Shown here: positions 52,191 to 63,078 of the stretch, piece after piece | How the letters are laid out: each line of letters begins with the position of its first letter | Position numbering within the stretch: position 1 is the stretch's first letter | NCBI GenBank assembly: GCA_963693365.1 | Contig: CAVNZM010000013.1 | Coordinates: forward strand, 2,691,817 to 2,755,816 | Reading direction: 5' to 3' | Source of the DNA: Amoebidium appalachense | Lineage: Eukaryota > Protista > Ichthyosporea | Length of the DNA: 64,000 bases | Notes under the pieces: generated by a model | What the model was told of the DNA's origin: nothing | The model's database searches: none | The model's input: the letters and a program-made list of their open reading frames with translations, nothing else | Program-made: the position numbers and the translations under genes

Positions 52191-53360
52191 ATGCCGCCGA
52201 AAAAGCGCCAGGCCTCAGCCACCGCCCCTGCCGCGGCACCTAAGCGCCTGACCCGCAGCGACCTCCGCCACAGGCTGACCAACGCTCCCGCGGACACTGA
52301 CGCGCCTCCAGCGGCCCATACCACCACGGACCCGGACCCGCCGGCTACTCTCCCCTCCACTCCTGAAGTCCCCCCTCAGGCCCCGCCGTCCCCGCAGATG
52401 ACTTCTCAAGACGCCGTCCTTGCCGCCCTCACCGCCATCAGCACCCAGATGGCTGGCGTCCTGGCTGCCCTCACCAACCGCGACCCTCCCGCGCCCCCCG
52501 CCGCGCCCTCCGCACCCGGGGAGGTTTCCCCGGGGCTGCATCTCGGCCCTGACCTAGACCTACCTGCCCTGCCCGCGCCCCCCATCACAGGTGAGAACAC
52601 TGGCGACATTCAGCCGGGCACACTCCCGCTTCCCCCCGCGGATGTGCTGGCAGATTTGCGCGCCAATCGTTTCATCGACCTGTATAAGTTCACCCCCGCC
52701 GCCCTCCTGGCCCCATCCAAGAAAGGTCAGCATCTGCGCATGGCCGACGACGGCAGCATCGAGACTTTTCGCCAAGACAAACCCGTTCCCCTGCGTTCAC
52801 TCGTCATTTGGATCCAAGCTTGGACCCATTACATGGCCGCCAAGCACCACCTCGGCCTCCCCACGGACAAAGACGTACTTTGGACTCAGCACATCACTCG
52901 CCTCAGCACCCGATACCCGTGGGCCCAGATCCACAACTATGACGTATACGCCCGCACCGTTGCCCACCAGCAGGGTCGGGCTCCGATCGAGTGTCCCAAC
53001 CTGCTCGCCCAACTCCACCAGGATCTCCTCCTGCCACCCACTCTGCTCATCCCGGACGCATGTCAGTGCTGTGGCTTCCCCGACCACCCCAGCGCGGCCT
53101 GCCCCATGTACCCCAAGCCCGGCTGTGGTCTTGACGGCTTTAAGCCGCCCCACAAGCCCGGCGGGAGTCAAACCCCTAACCGCCCTGGCCCGCAACCCGG
53201 CCCGGCAAAACCGGCCCGACCCGTGGATCTACCCGCAACGCACTGCAGGAATTTCCACATTAACGGTCGGTCCTGCGCTAAGCAGCCCTGCCCCTTCTCC
53301 CACGTGTGCCCGCTCTGCTCTGGCACACACCCCCGCAAAGACTGCAAGCACAATGCCTAG
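52191..53360 (+). CDS. Gag-like ORF1 of copy 2 (intact, 389 aa)
   Basis: ATG 52191 to TAG 53360; basic NLS-like PPKKRQ start and C-terminal CCCH/CCHC zinc fingers. Confidence 0.88.
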   Translation: MPPKKRQASATAPAAAPKRLTRSDLRHRLTNAPADTDAPPAAHTTTDPDPPATLPSTPEVPPQAPPSPQMTSQDAVLAALTAISTQMAGVLAALTNRDPPAPPAAPSAPGEVSPGLHLGPDLDLPALPAPPITGENTGDIQPGTLPLPPADVLADLRANRFIDLYKFTPAALLAPSKKGQHLRMADDGSIETFRQDKPVPLRSLVIWIQAWTHYMAAKHHLGLPTDKDVLWTQHITRLSTRYPWAQIHNYDVYARTVAHQQGRAPIECPNLLAQLHQDLLLPPTLLIPDACQCCGFPDHPSAACPMYPKPGCGLDGFKPPHKPGGSQTPNRPGPQPGPAKPARPVDLPATHCRNFHINGRSCAKQPCPFSHVCPLCSGTHPRKDCKHNA

Positions 53361-53757
53361 TCTACGCGCACACCCACACACACAGCTAGAACATAGGGGT
53401 TAGGAGCTAGGACACACGAGTACAGGGAAACGGAGCTCGGGAGAACGGGGCAATAGGGCTGAGTACAAAATTTCGCAGGCCAACTACGGCGCCCGCGCGC
53501 GTCAAGAATAAATGTCCCTACACAAAGACGTTTATTCTGGCCACTGCACATAATTTTACTCCCCCCCCCATCCCACGAGCCTCCCCCCCCCCTTACACTC
53601 ACCTAGCACTCCCTCCCCCCCCCCTTCTTCTACCTCTGTGTCCGCCCACACCCCCGCGTGCTCGGGCACATTCCCCTGCACAGGGCCCCGCTGCCCTCCC
53701 TGCCAACCCTCACTTGGGCCCAGCTGCCCTACTCTAACCCCCCGGGGCCCTGCTGCC

Positions 53758-53796
<39 letters not shown>

Positions 53797-53857
53797 CTGC
53801 CGGGATCTCCCTGAGGGTGCCCCACCCTTGCTAACCACCCCTTCCCCCGAGGCTCAG

Positions 53858-55479
53858 ACCCGGCGGCCCGCCCGCTGCCCCAGCACCACATTGACACCTC
53901 CCGCCTCCGGGAACCGCTGGCCTCCTACCCAGACCAACCATTCGCCGCACAACTCCTCCACGATGTCGAATTCGGTGTCGACATCGGCTATCGCGGCCCC
54001 TCCACCTCTCGGGTGGGCCCCAACCTACCCACCACCCCGGAGGCAGCTGCCGCTATCACGGCGGATATTGCCAAAGAAGTCGCCCTCGGCCACCTGCGCG
54101 GCCCCCTCTCCCCGGCCCAATTCTTTGACGAATTTCCGGTCCACCGTTCCTCCCCCATCGGCGCCGTTACGAAGAAAGGGAACCCCCCCAAGTACCGTCG
54201 AATCCACCACCTCTCCTGGCCCCGGGGTAGCAGTGTCAATGACAGCATCACCTACCCCGACGAACTTCAGTATATTCGCGCCCGGGATGTCACCCAGCTC
54301 ATTCTCGACGCAGGCCCCGGCTGCTACATGGCCGTGGCAGATGTGCAGGCTGCCTTCCGGCACATGACCATCCGACCAGAAGACCATCACTTAATGGCAT
54401 TCAAATGGCAGGGGCATTTTTACGTTGAAACCAGACTGCCCTTCGGCCTGAAATCTAGCCCAGCCATCTGGGAACGGATCGCGGCCACCCTACAGTGGCT
54501 GGCACACCAGCACGGTATTACCCTCATCCGCCACTACGTAGACGACTGGATTATAGTCGCCCCCACACAAGAGCAGTGCCAACGTCACCTATCCACCTTC
54601 CTGCAACTCTGCCGAGAGCTGCACATTGCCATCTCCGAAGACAAGATGCAGGGCCCGGCTACCCGTGTCGTCTTCATCGGTATCGAATTCGACTCCATCG
54701 CCATGGAGGCACGAATCCCGGCTTCCAAGCTCTCGGACCTACTCGACCTCACTCTCCACCCAAAGCCCACCATCACCATTCGGGACCTCCAGTCCCTCCT
54801 CGGCAAACTCACCTGGTGTGCCCAGCTGGTTCCCCCCGGGAGGGCCTTCTCCCAGCGCCTATGGGCCCTTCTCCGGACCCACCCAAACCTTGCCGGCCAC
54901 CACCACATACGACTGACTGCTGCCGCCCGGGCCGACATAGCCGAATGGCACCAGTTCCTCACATCATGGAATGGGGTGCACCTCATCACACCCCCCACAT
55001 ACACCACCCTGGCCACCGATGCTGCCGGATCGGTGGGTCTAGGAGGCCACTGGCTCGACCAATGGTTCTTCATGCCCTGGTCCCCCTCCACCCAAGCCCT
55101 CTATGCTCATGAGGGTAAACTCGGTTCTTCCGTCATCGAACTCCTGGCCATCGCAGCCGCCGTGGCCCTCTGGGCCCCCTCCTGGTCCACCCACCATGTC
55201 CGTATTTTATGCGACAACACGGGTGCTGTGTCTGACCTGCACTCCCGGTCTTCCCCCCACCCCGTGATGGCCAAACTTATTCGGTTCATCACCCGCATGG
55301 AAATGCAATACCAATTTACATTACAGGCATCCTACCTACCAGGACCCCTCAACCATCTAGCCGATGCCATTTCTCGTAACCAACTTCCCCGGGCCCGACG
55401 ACTCCGACCTTCCCTGCAACCGGAGCCCTGCCCCTTCCCCTCCTGGGTCCACGAGTTCCTATCCCTTCCCTTGGGCTAA
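53858..55479 (+). CDS. Reverse transcriptase-RNase H of copy 2
   Basis: Same RT (YVDD) and RNase H motifs as copy 1, open frame; start placed at the predicted splice acceptor. Confidence 0.92.
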
Positions 55480-55503
55480 CCCCCCCCCCCCCCCCCCCCC
55501 CAG

Positions 55504-56563
55504 ATCTCCCGTTCCGGAGCAACGCTGGCAGATTGGCCCCCCACTTTGCTCCGGCCGAGCTGCTTCGAGCCACCACTACCCTGCAGGAATGCCAGGCCCT
55601 GAGTCTCAACCTCGACTCTCGGGCCTTTTACTCCCGGTTGCAAAAAGTGTTCATCGATTTCTGTGTGGCATCTCGGCTGCAATCCTCCTCCGGGTCCTCC
55701 CTCCCGGCCTCCCCACACACCGTGCAACTTTTTCTCGCCTGGTGTGCCTAACGAGGGGTACAGGCCTCTTCCTTAACCGGCTACAATTCGGCCATCACCA
55801 GGCTCCACCTCGACATGGGCCTCCCTGCTCCCTACCCCCACGACAAGTCTCTGGCCTGGTTCCTACGGGGGGTGGGCAGATGGCAGCTTTCTCACAACAT
55901 CCGACCCCGCTCATCCACCAGGGAACCCCTCCTGCCCTCCCACCTCTGCCTACTCCATGGCCAGTGCCCCACCAAGGCCTCCTCGGCCAATCTCCGGCTA
56001 TGGACGGCCCTCATCGTCGGTTTCTGTGGTCTCCTCCGTTCAGGGGAATTTACCTCCAAGACCCTGACTTCTTTCGACCCGTCCCGTCACGTTAAACGGA
56101 AGGACGTGACCTTCAGCTACACCCCCACCGGTACTTTGTCCCATGCCACCCTCCACCTGCCAACCTCTAAGACGGATGTACAGGCCCGAGGTGTCAACGT
56201 CACTCTAGCTGCCCTGCCCCTCACCCACTTCTCCCCAGCCCATCTCCTCCGGCAGTTCCTGGATACAACGTCCGGTCAACCCGACGACCCCCTCTTCAGT
56301 CTCGGTGGCATCCCCTACACCAAGAGTGCTTTCTCTGCCGACTTCCGTGCCCTCCTCTCCCGGGCAGGCCTCTCACCCTCCCTGTTTGCCGGACACAGCC
56401 TCCGCATCGGGGGGGCCACAGCACTGGCTGAGGCCGGGGTGACGACTCCCGGATCAAACAACTCGGCAGGTGGTCCTCCGACTGTTTCCTGATCTATACC
56501 CGACTTCGTCCGGCCTCCATTGCTGCCACCACAACACGTGTATTCGCCTCTATTCTTAAGTGA
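55504..56563 (+). pseudogene. Tyrosine recombinase of copy 2, nonsense codon plus frameshift
   Basis: CAA>TAA at 55749-55751; LLRSGEF, SKTD and GHSLRIGGATA present; 1-nt deletion near 56440 relative to copy 1 before LGRWSS..Y. Confidence 0.88.
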
Positions 56564-57426
56564 AACCTTTGGAGCAAGCATACTGCTCTCGTGCCGTGGT
56601 TTACAACCATTGCAGGTTCACTTTCGTCCAAGGGGATGTCCCCCTAGAGGCAACACACGTCCCGGAGTAGTTTTCATAGAGGTTTTATTTGTGGAAATTA
56701 TTGACATAAATATTTTTCTGGGTAATCACGTAGAATGGGTGTTCGATACCAACATAACCATGTAGGCTTCATTTCGTGTTTTAGCAGTTCGCGGTTGGCT
56801 GCCCGCACACGGGCACCTATTAGCCAATCAAAACATCAGATACCACAGAACACTAGACCGAGTTATGATTGGCTCGGATCAGATTTCACATATTGCTAGA
56901 TCGATTTTGATTGGCTCAGATCGGTAGGCTTAGGTATATAAGCACGACAGTTTTTAGCAGATCAGCAAGCTACAAACACATCTTCTGTGTTTAGCATCCA
57001 CAGCCTTACAGCTATATATTCCTTTTCACCCACCCACCTACACCCACACTCAACCCCCATTGATCCACACATACGTGCTGTTTTTTCACGGGGCGAAGAC
57101 TTCCCCCGTTTTTTTGGGCACATGGACCTCACGGATCAATAAATTGATGACTGGGGGCTTGCCGTGGTTTACAACCATTGCAGGTTCACTTTCGTCCAAG
57201 GGGATGTCCCCCTAGAGGCAACACACGTCCCGGAGTAGTTTTCAAAGATTATAATTAGCCGAAGCAACTTCTACCCTTGCAGCTAACATTTATTAGTATG
57301 GGTAGTACGTAGAAGTATATACGAATCGCCAATGTGTAGCGAGCTTTTGGGGTGATTATTTTACAGGCACACACGATATGCTGTGTGAACCGTGACCCCT
57401 GTCCGACCAGACGCACACACGTACAT

Positions 57427-57464
<38 letters not shown>

Positions 57465-57490
57465 GCGTGCACATACACACGTGCACACAC

Positions 57491-57549
<59 letters not shown>

Positions 57550-57817
57550 TACACACACACACGACACACACAAAATTCTGAATAATCGGACAATCTAAGA
57601 TTTATATCACAGGTAGCTCGACAGCTACTTACTATAATGATATGTGCACAAGTAGACCACAGATAACTATGCGTACAGATACTAATAGACTACAGCTGAT
57701 TCGCCTGGGATGTTCATGAGATCTGATCTACATAAAGCCTATGAACATTAGGGGAGGTGTTAGCAGTTCGCACGAAAATCAGGCGCGTGCATGCGCATAC
57801 AAGCACAGTAGTACTGT

Positions 57818-57851
<34 letters not shown>

Positions 57852-59812
57852 GGCTCCTCCCCCCACACACACACACCTCCACATGCACACACACACACGC
57901 ATGCACGCACACACACACACCAAGGCGCACCCACACACTCACGCACCACTCGCAAGCGCGTGTGTCGCGGCATTCAAATTTACACCCACCAAACACACAA
58001 GGTATCTCCATGCATGCTCTGTCCAACCATAACATATGCACGACACGGCATGTGGTACGCAAGTGTACACGCAAAAACAGTTTTTTTTTTTTTTTTTTTT
58101 TTTTTTGCTCCCCACGTGCACACTGAATTGCTATTACAAATATAGATGTGTGTACACAGGCACGTGTTGGTATAACACAAATCCTGGTATTGCAGTTCAC
58201 ATACTGTAGATGACTGCACACATCGTTATTCACCCTTCATTCTCTCTTCTTTTCTTTCTTTCTTTCTTTCTTTCTTTCTTTTTTCCCCCTCGTACACATC
58301 ATTCCGAACACTTTTTTCCCCTGCCCCCCCCCCCCCCTCCCCCCCCCCCCCCCCCCCCCTTCCCCTCACAACCTTCTGTTGCTCACTGTTAATGACGTTG
58401 CTGAGAACCATAACGATAATATATTAATATCAAATACCATCACCATATCAATATTAAATTTTGGAGCACGGCACCGGAACTCAAATCAACTTGCACCTTG
58501 CAGACACGCATGTTATGCTGTGTATCTTTAATCAACAAATAAACGGGCCCGGGTCGATATCTCACATGTTCATGCACCACTTATCTCTTAACTCCCATAC
58601 TGCCCTAAAACTCACTTCATACTCATCAGATATCATAGTGGTTATCTGAAATGCTTAGCGGCATTAGAGCATTAAATGATTTAAAATAAATATTTATTAA
58701 ATTGCCATGTTCACAACACCGTCTACGGCTTTCCGACCGCCGCACAATTGGGATCTCAGCACGGTGTGTCCTCGGAATAACAACCGGTACATATAATTAC
58801 TATCCAGTACCGGTGATCTAAACTTTTCGGGTCTACATGCCGCTCAACAGCATGCCCCGTAAATTCACTACATACAAAATATGGTATGTTAAAGACTCTC
58901 AGCACATATGAACTCCCTATCATCTGTGATTTAGAGGCGGTACTGCAGTTTTTTAATTTTTAAAAGCCAGACTTTCGCATATGTACAGATTAAGACCAAA
59001 TGCATGCATACAAGTTCAACTTCTGGAGGCAATAAGTACTTTCACGATTTCCCAGTTTCAAAAAGATAGCCACCCAAATAAGAACTGGCACTAAAAAAAA
59101 AAAGCATCATGACGGTCAATAGAACAACCACCTACGTCAATAGCCAACCATTCAATCTCAACTCTGAAATTTCCGTTTCAGATATCCAGCCCCCGAAAAT
59201 GACATTCTCTTTCCCCCGCCGCGCTGAAAAGCCTCGCCATTAAGGCCATGTGTTGCATACTGCATGCTAGGAACCCCCCCCTGCCGCAAAAAGCAAATCC
59301 GTACTCGCCGAGTTATTTTCCGTCTTTCCACCCTTACCAACCGAAAATCCCGAGGCCGTGTAAACAACTGTACTGTACATGTTTACTAAAGAATGTGATC
59401 TACTAGCACACGATTCGTGCTTTGTCATGAATATCACATAAATATTATGTCCGCACCAAAAGGACTCACTCTGACCTAAGAATTGAACCATGTATGATTC
59501 TATTGCTGCATACCACATAAACGAAGTGAACCAATAAGATGTTTGCATAAATAGGACGAAGGTCTGACTGGCTCGGACCGCACCAGAATCACGAATGGCA
59601 TGTTGCCACCCGCGCTCGCCGCGGATGAACCAATCCTGGGCCTTGATCCGAAACCTGGGGGCTATATAAGAAAGCCGTCCCAGTACGGGGATCACATCAG
59701 TGAAGTCTGAGACAGACTGAGTCGGCCCATAGTAAAAGCAACCTGGCCGCGTGTGCCTTTCTACCCATTCTCTGTCTTTATTTTAATTCAGTTGTACTCT
59801 GCCTTATCCTAA

Positions 59813-61355
59813 CTAGTCCAACTGTTTACAGGCCGCCGACGGACGCATATTCTTCATATGGGGTGGAGCAACCCCGTTGAACTGATTAGAAATATGTGTG
59901 GGTTGCGTGTTGTGTTGGAATCCCCCCGAAAATGCCAGTGCTTGCAATTGCTGTTGTTGCAGGGCCAATAATTTCGCGGCGTGGCGAGGGCTCAGACCCT
60001 GCTGTTGCATCATCTCGATGGACAAAATTCCGGGGAAAGAAACCTCCTCGACAGGATACGCCGCTGCTTGTACACCGTACATGGCGGGTGGCGCCTGGGG
60101 GTTCATCATACTGAAATTCTGTGGTGGATATACTGCATGTGGATAAGCGTACTGCATCCCGGGATGGAAATTTTGGGGGTGCAATGCTGGCACCTGCTGC
60201 AGGGCCGGGCCCATAGTGTCCATTTGTGCGATCCGCTGTGATAGCGCCATGATTTGTTGCTGTAGGCTATCCAACACCATAATCGTCGCTGGATCCGACC
60301 CCCCATGCACATGCAACGAATTTCCGCGGCCGTCTTGCGATTTTATGCTGGAATTGGAGCCCGACTGGGGGTCTTCCTCGCGCTGAACGTCGTAAAACAT
60401 GGTGTTGTGTGCGCTCTCCGGGTGCACCGACATTTCCTTTCCCTTAAAGTGATTCAACTCGTCTTGGATAGCATATAACTCTTCGGGTGTCCGCCAACTG
60501 TTAAACGAGCGCCTGTCGTATATGTCTGGTGAGAACATATCCCCCACCATTACGTGGTCATGGAAGCGCACATTTCCCTTTGCAGCCCCCTCCGTTTTTG
60601 AAAAATTGAGTGGTCGCTCTGAGAAACCAGCGCGCTTGCCAGTACCGGGCTGCCGTCAACTCGGACATTTACGTCGCTCGAAGACCGTTTTGGGGGGGTT
60701 TAATCTGTTGGGGACAGCGGAAATGGGCGCTCGGTTGGCACCTGAGCCTTGGGCCTGCGAATTTGGCTGGGTGGGGTTTTTTACGACAGGCGAGGAAGAG
60801 CCTTCGCTCCCAGTTCGTTTCAGAATGGGCACGACGACAGGGGTTGCCTTTTTTTGGCGCATTTTCAGGGACGATTATTGGCGTTGGTGGGGTGTTGGTG
60901 ATTGATCCAGTTTTGGCTAAGGGCGCAGTTACTCGAGTGGGGCACGCTTGATTCACCGCCTGAAAATTATTTGTAAATTTCGCAAAGAATTGCGCATCCA
61001 CATCGTCATGGTCAAGAACCGTCGGGTCAGAGAGAGTTCTCCTTATCGGACCTGGCCCCTTGCCTCCAGGAAAACTGCGGGAATTTACTAGTGGGGATTC
61101 GGGTTCTTTGTCTTCCGATCTCGGCAGTACGTCGAAAGAGGCGCGAAATTCGACGGGTTTCGAGTTCTCCTTTTCGTTTGTAACTTTATCTGAATCTTCT
61201 TCGCCAGTGAAGCTGTTGCACGGGCTTACGTTGTCACTGTATGTGCTTACGTAGTGGTAGGTGTTTTTTCGTGGTTTTGTTTGTGTTATGCGTGAAACTA
61301 TCTTAAGATGGTTTTGGTGGAGGGCAGGAGCGACCCATGGTGCATTTCCCACCAC
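59813..61355 (-). pseudogene. Disrupted, apparently intronless Phactr/Bni4-like PP1-binding protein
   Basis: GNVRFHDHVMVGDMFSPDIYDRRS..IQDELNHFKGKEMSVHPESAHNTMFY recalls the Phactr/Bni4 C-terminal PP1 module; PILKR upstream is SILK-like. Joining ORFs needs a frameshift at the A7 run (~60850) and passing TGA at 60656-60658. 5' end unresolved. Confidence 0.65.
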
Positions 61356-62535
61356 TAAGGTCCTGGACGCTCCAGCACTAGATATGTAAGCGAATATCGG
61401 ATCAACAACGTTCTATCGTTCATTGCAGTGACGAATGACAGGCAGGTTTCAGAAAAAGTCAACGTTTATAATCGTTCCTTCATGGCACTCTTTCGCTTTC
61501 CGAATCCTCCTGTTATGACGTCGCGGCAGCAGGCAAACCGAATGACGGGCGATGGCACGACCCCATGTGCCTGTATAGACTGCGGAATTCCGTAAGAAAT
61601 TCACAATCATCATATCTCGTATTTATCTCGTATTTTTGTCGAATGGAGCGCATGGTTGGTGGATTAGAAGATAACCGTCTGCGTTTTTTAGTTGCTTAGT
61701 TAGACATAACTAATTTTTATGCCACTATGGCGTGTTCCCTCGCGAGAAAGTTATTTTTCTTTTGACTCGGGTTTATTGATCCGTTGATGAAGGCAACGTG
61801 CAGCCACAGGCTACATAACCACCAATAGAACTGAAAAAGCCAAAGCTATGAAATAAAAATAAAGCGACAAGTGACAAAGGACACCAGCGGGTAAAACCGT
61901 AAGTGTACGTGTATGCGTGAAACTAGTTTGCTCCAACTAGTCATATGCATCGATGTTGACCAGACCACACTCTGCAAGAAGACATCATTACTGCTCCTTC
62001 CCAACAGGCCCCCCTCAAAACCTATCGAGGCACAGCAAGCAAGTCAGCCTCTAAAAGAGCAATGCAGACCAAATCTGAGCTAAAAAACAATCCCAACGGG
62101 CCCTGCCCCTAGATAACCCGGAGAAACTGCATCTAGCTCTCTGATAAGGTGGCATAGTTGTGGCAGGACACACAGAAAAACACAATTACAGAATGCATGC
62201 AAGCAAACCTGGTCATTGCCATACGACTGGAGGCTAAGGACTGGCAGTCACTTTGAAAGCTCCCCGACGACCAATTAGCCGCCCCTCCACTCACGCAGCG
62301 CAGAAGTAGCTGAAGAAGTTGCAGCAGCCCACCGCCAATAGGTCGCGTAGAAACGTAGACAGCATGTAGAAGTTACCATAGGTTGCAGTGGACCACCAGG
62401 CGTTGAAGAAACCACTTCTCAAGCGAGAAACTCCGCGAGAGGGAGATGCGCCCACACTCTCACAGCAGTAGGAATACACCAGGCGACACCACACACACGC
62501 TGCAGTCACGTTCCCCTGAGTGGGACTCCCTCCCA

Positions 62536-62836
62536 CCACAAAAAAGAAGAAACGAAAGCCTTTATATACCTGCCATGGTGAAGAATCGGGAAAAAAAGTT
62601 GACGGGACAGCTAAGAGATCGAAGTGAAAGTGAAGTCCACAAAAAGAAGAAACGAAAGCCTTTATATACCTGCCATGGTGAAGAATCGGGAAAAAAAGTT
62701 GACGTGACAGCTAAGAGATCGAAGTGAAAGTGAAGTCCACAAAAAGAAGAAACGAAAGCCTTTATATACCTGCCATGGTGAAGAATCGGGGAAAAAAGTT
62801 GACGTGACAGCTAAGAGATCAAAGTGAAAGTGAAGT
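62536..62836. repeat. 100-bp tandem repeat, 3 copies
   Basis: CCACAAAAAGAAGAAACGAAAGCCTTTATATACCTGCCATGG... at 62536, 62637, 62737. Confidence 0.95.
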
Positions 62837-63078
62837 TAATTTTTTATGAATGTCCAAAGGGAGGAGGGTACTTAGGACTTTTGAGATAATGGACACGTGC
62901 AGCGATTTCTGCCGTTTTATTTTTGCAATTTTGGGTCAAAAATAAGTTGCCGGCAATGCCTGAGGCTATAATATTATGGGTTGGCACAGCCATGCGTCAT
63001 TCACACCAATCAGACTTTACGAAAATTTAGAAGTGTTTGCTAAAACATGGATAAGATTCTTACTTTTGTTCAGTACTA

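Larger units (their letters stand above)
51813..57248 (+). mobile_element. Ngaro-type tyrosine-recombinase retrotransposon copy 2 (full length, ~5.4 kb)
   Basis: A1 51813-~52160, gag/pol/YR, B1 56592-56680, A2 56681-~57029, spacer, B2 57160-57248; A1/A2 differ at only ~2 positions by eye; no TSD. Confidence 0.95.

Noticed and set aside
36821-57248. A repeats as LTRs of a Gypsy/Copia element
   Set aside because: No DDE integrase, protease, TG..CA ends or TSD; tyrosine recombinase and split repeats indicate the DIRS order.
60656-60658. In-frame TGA as selenocysteine or recoding
   Set aside because: Low-complexity context, no SECIS recognised, and a nearby frameshift favours decay or error.
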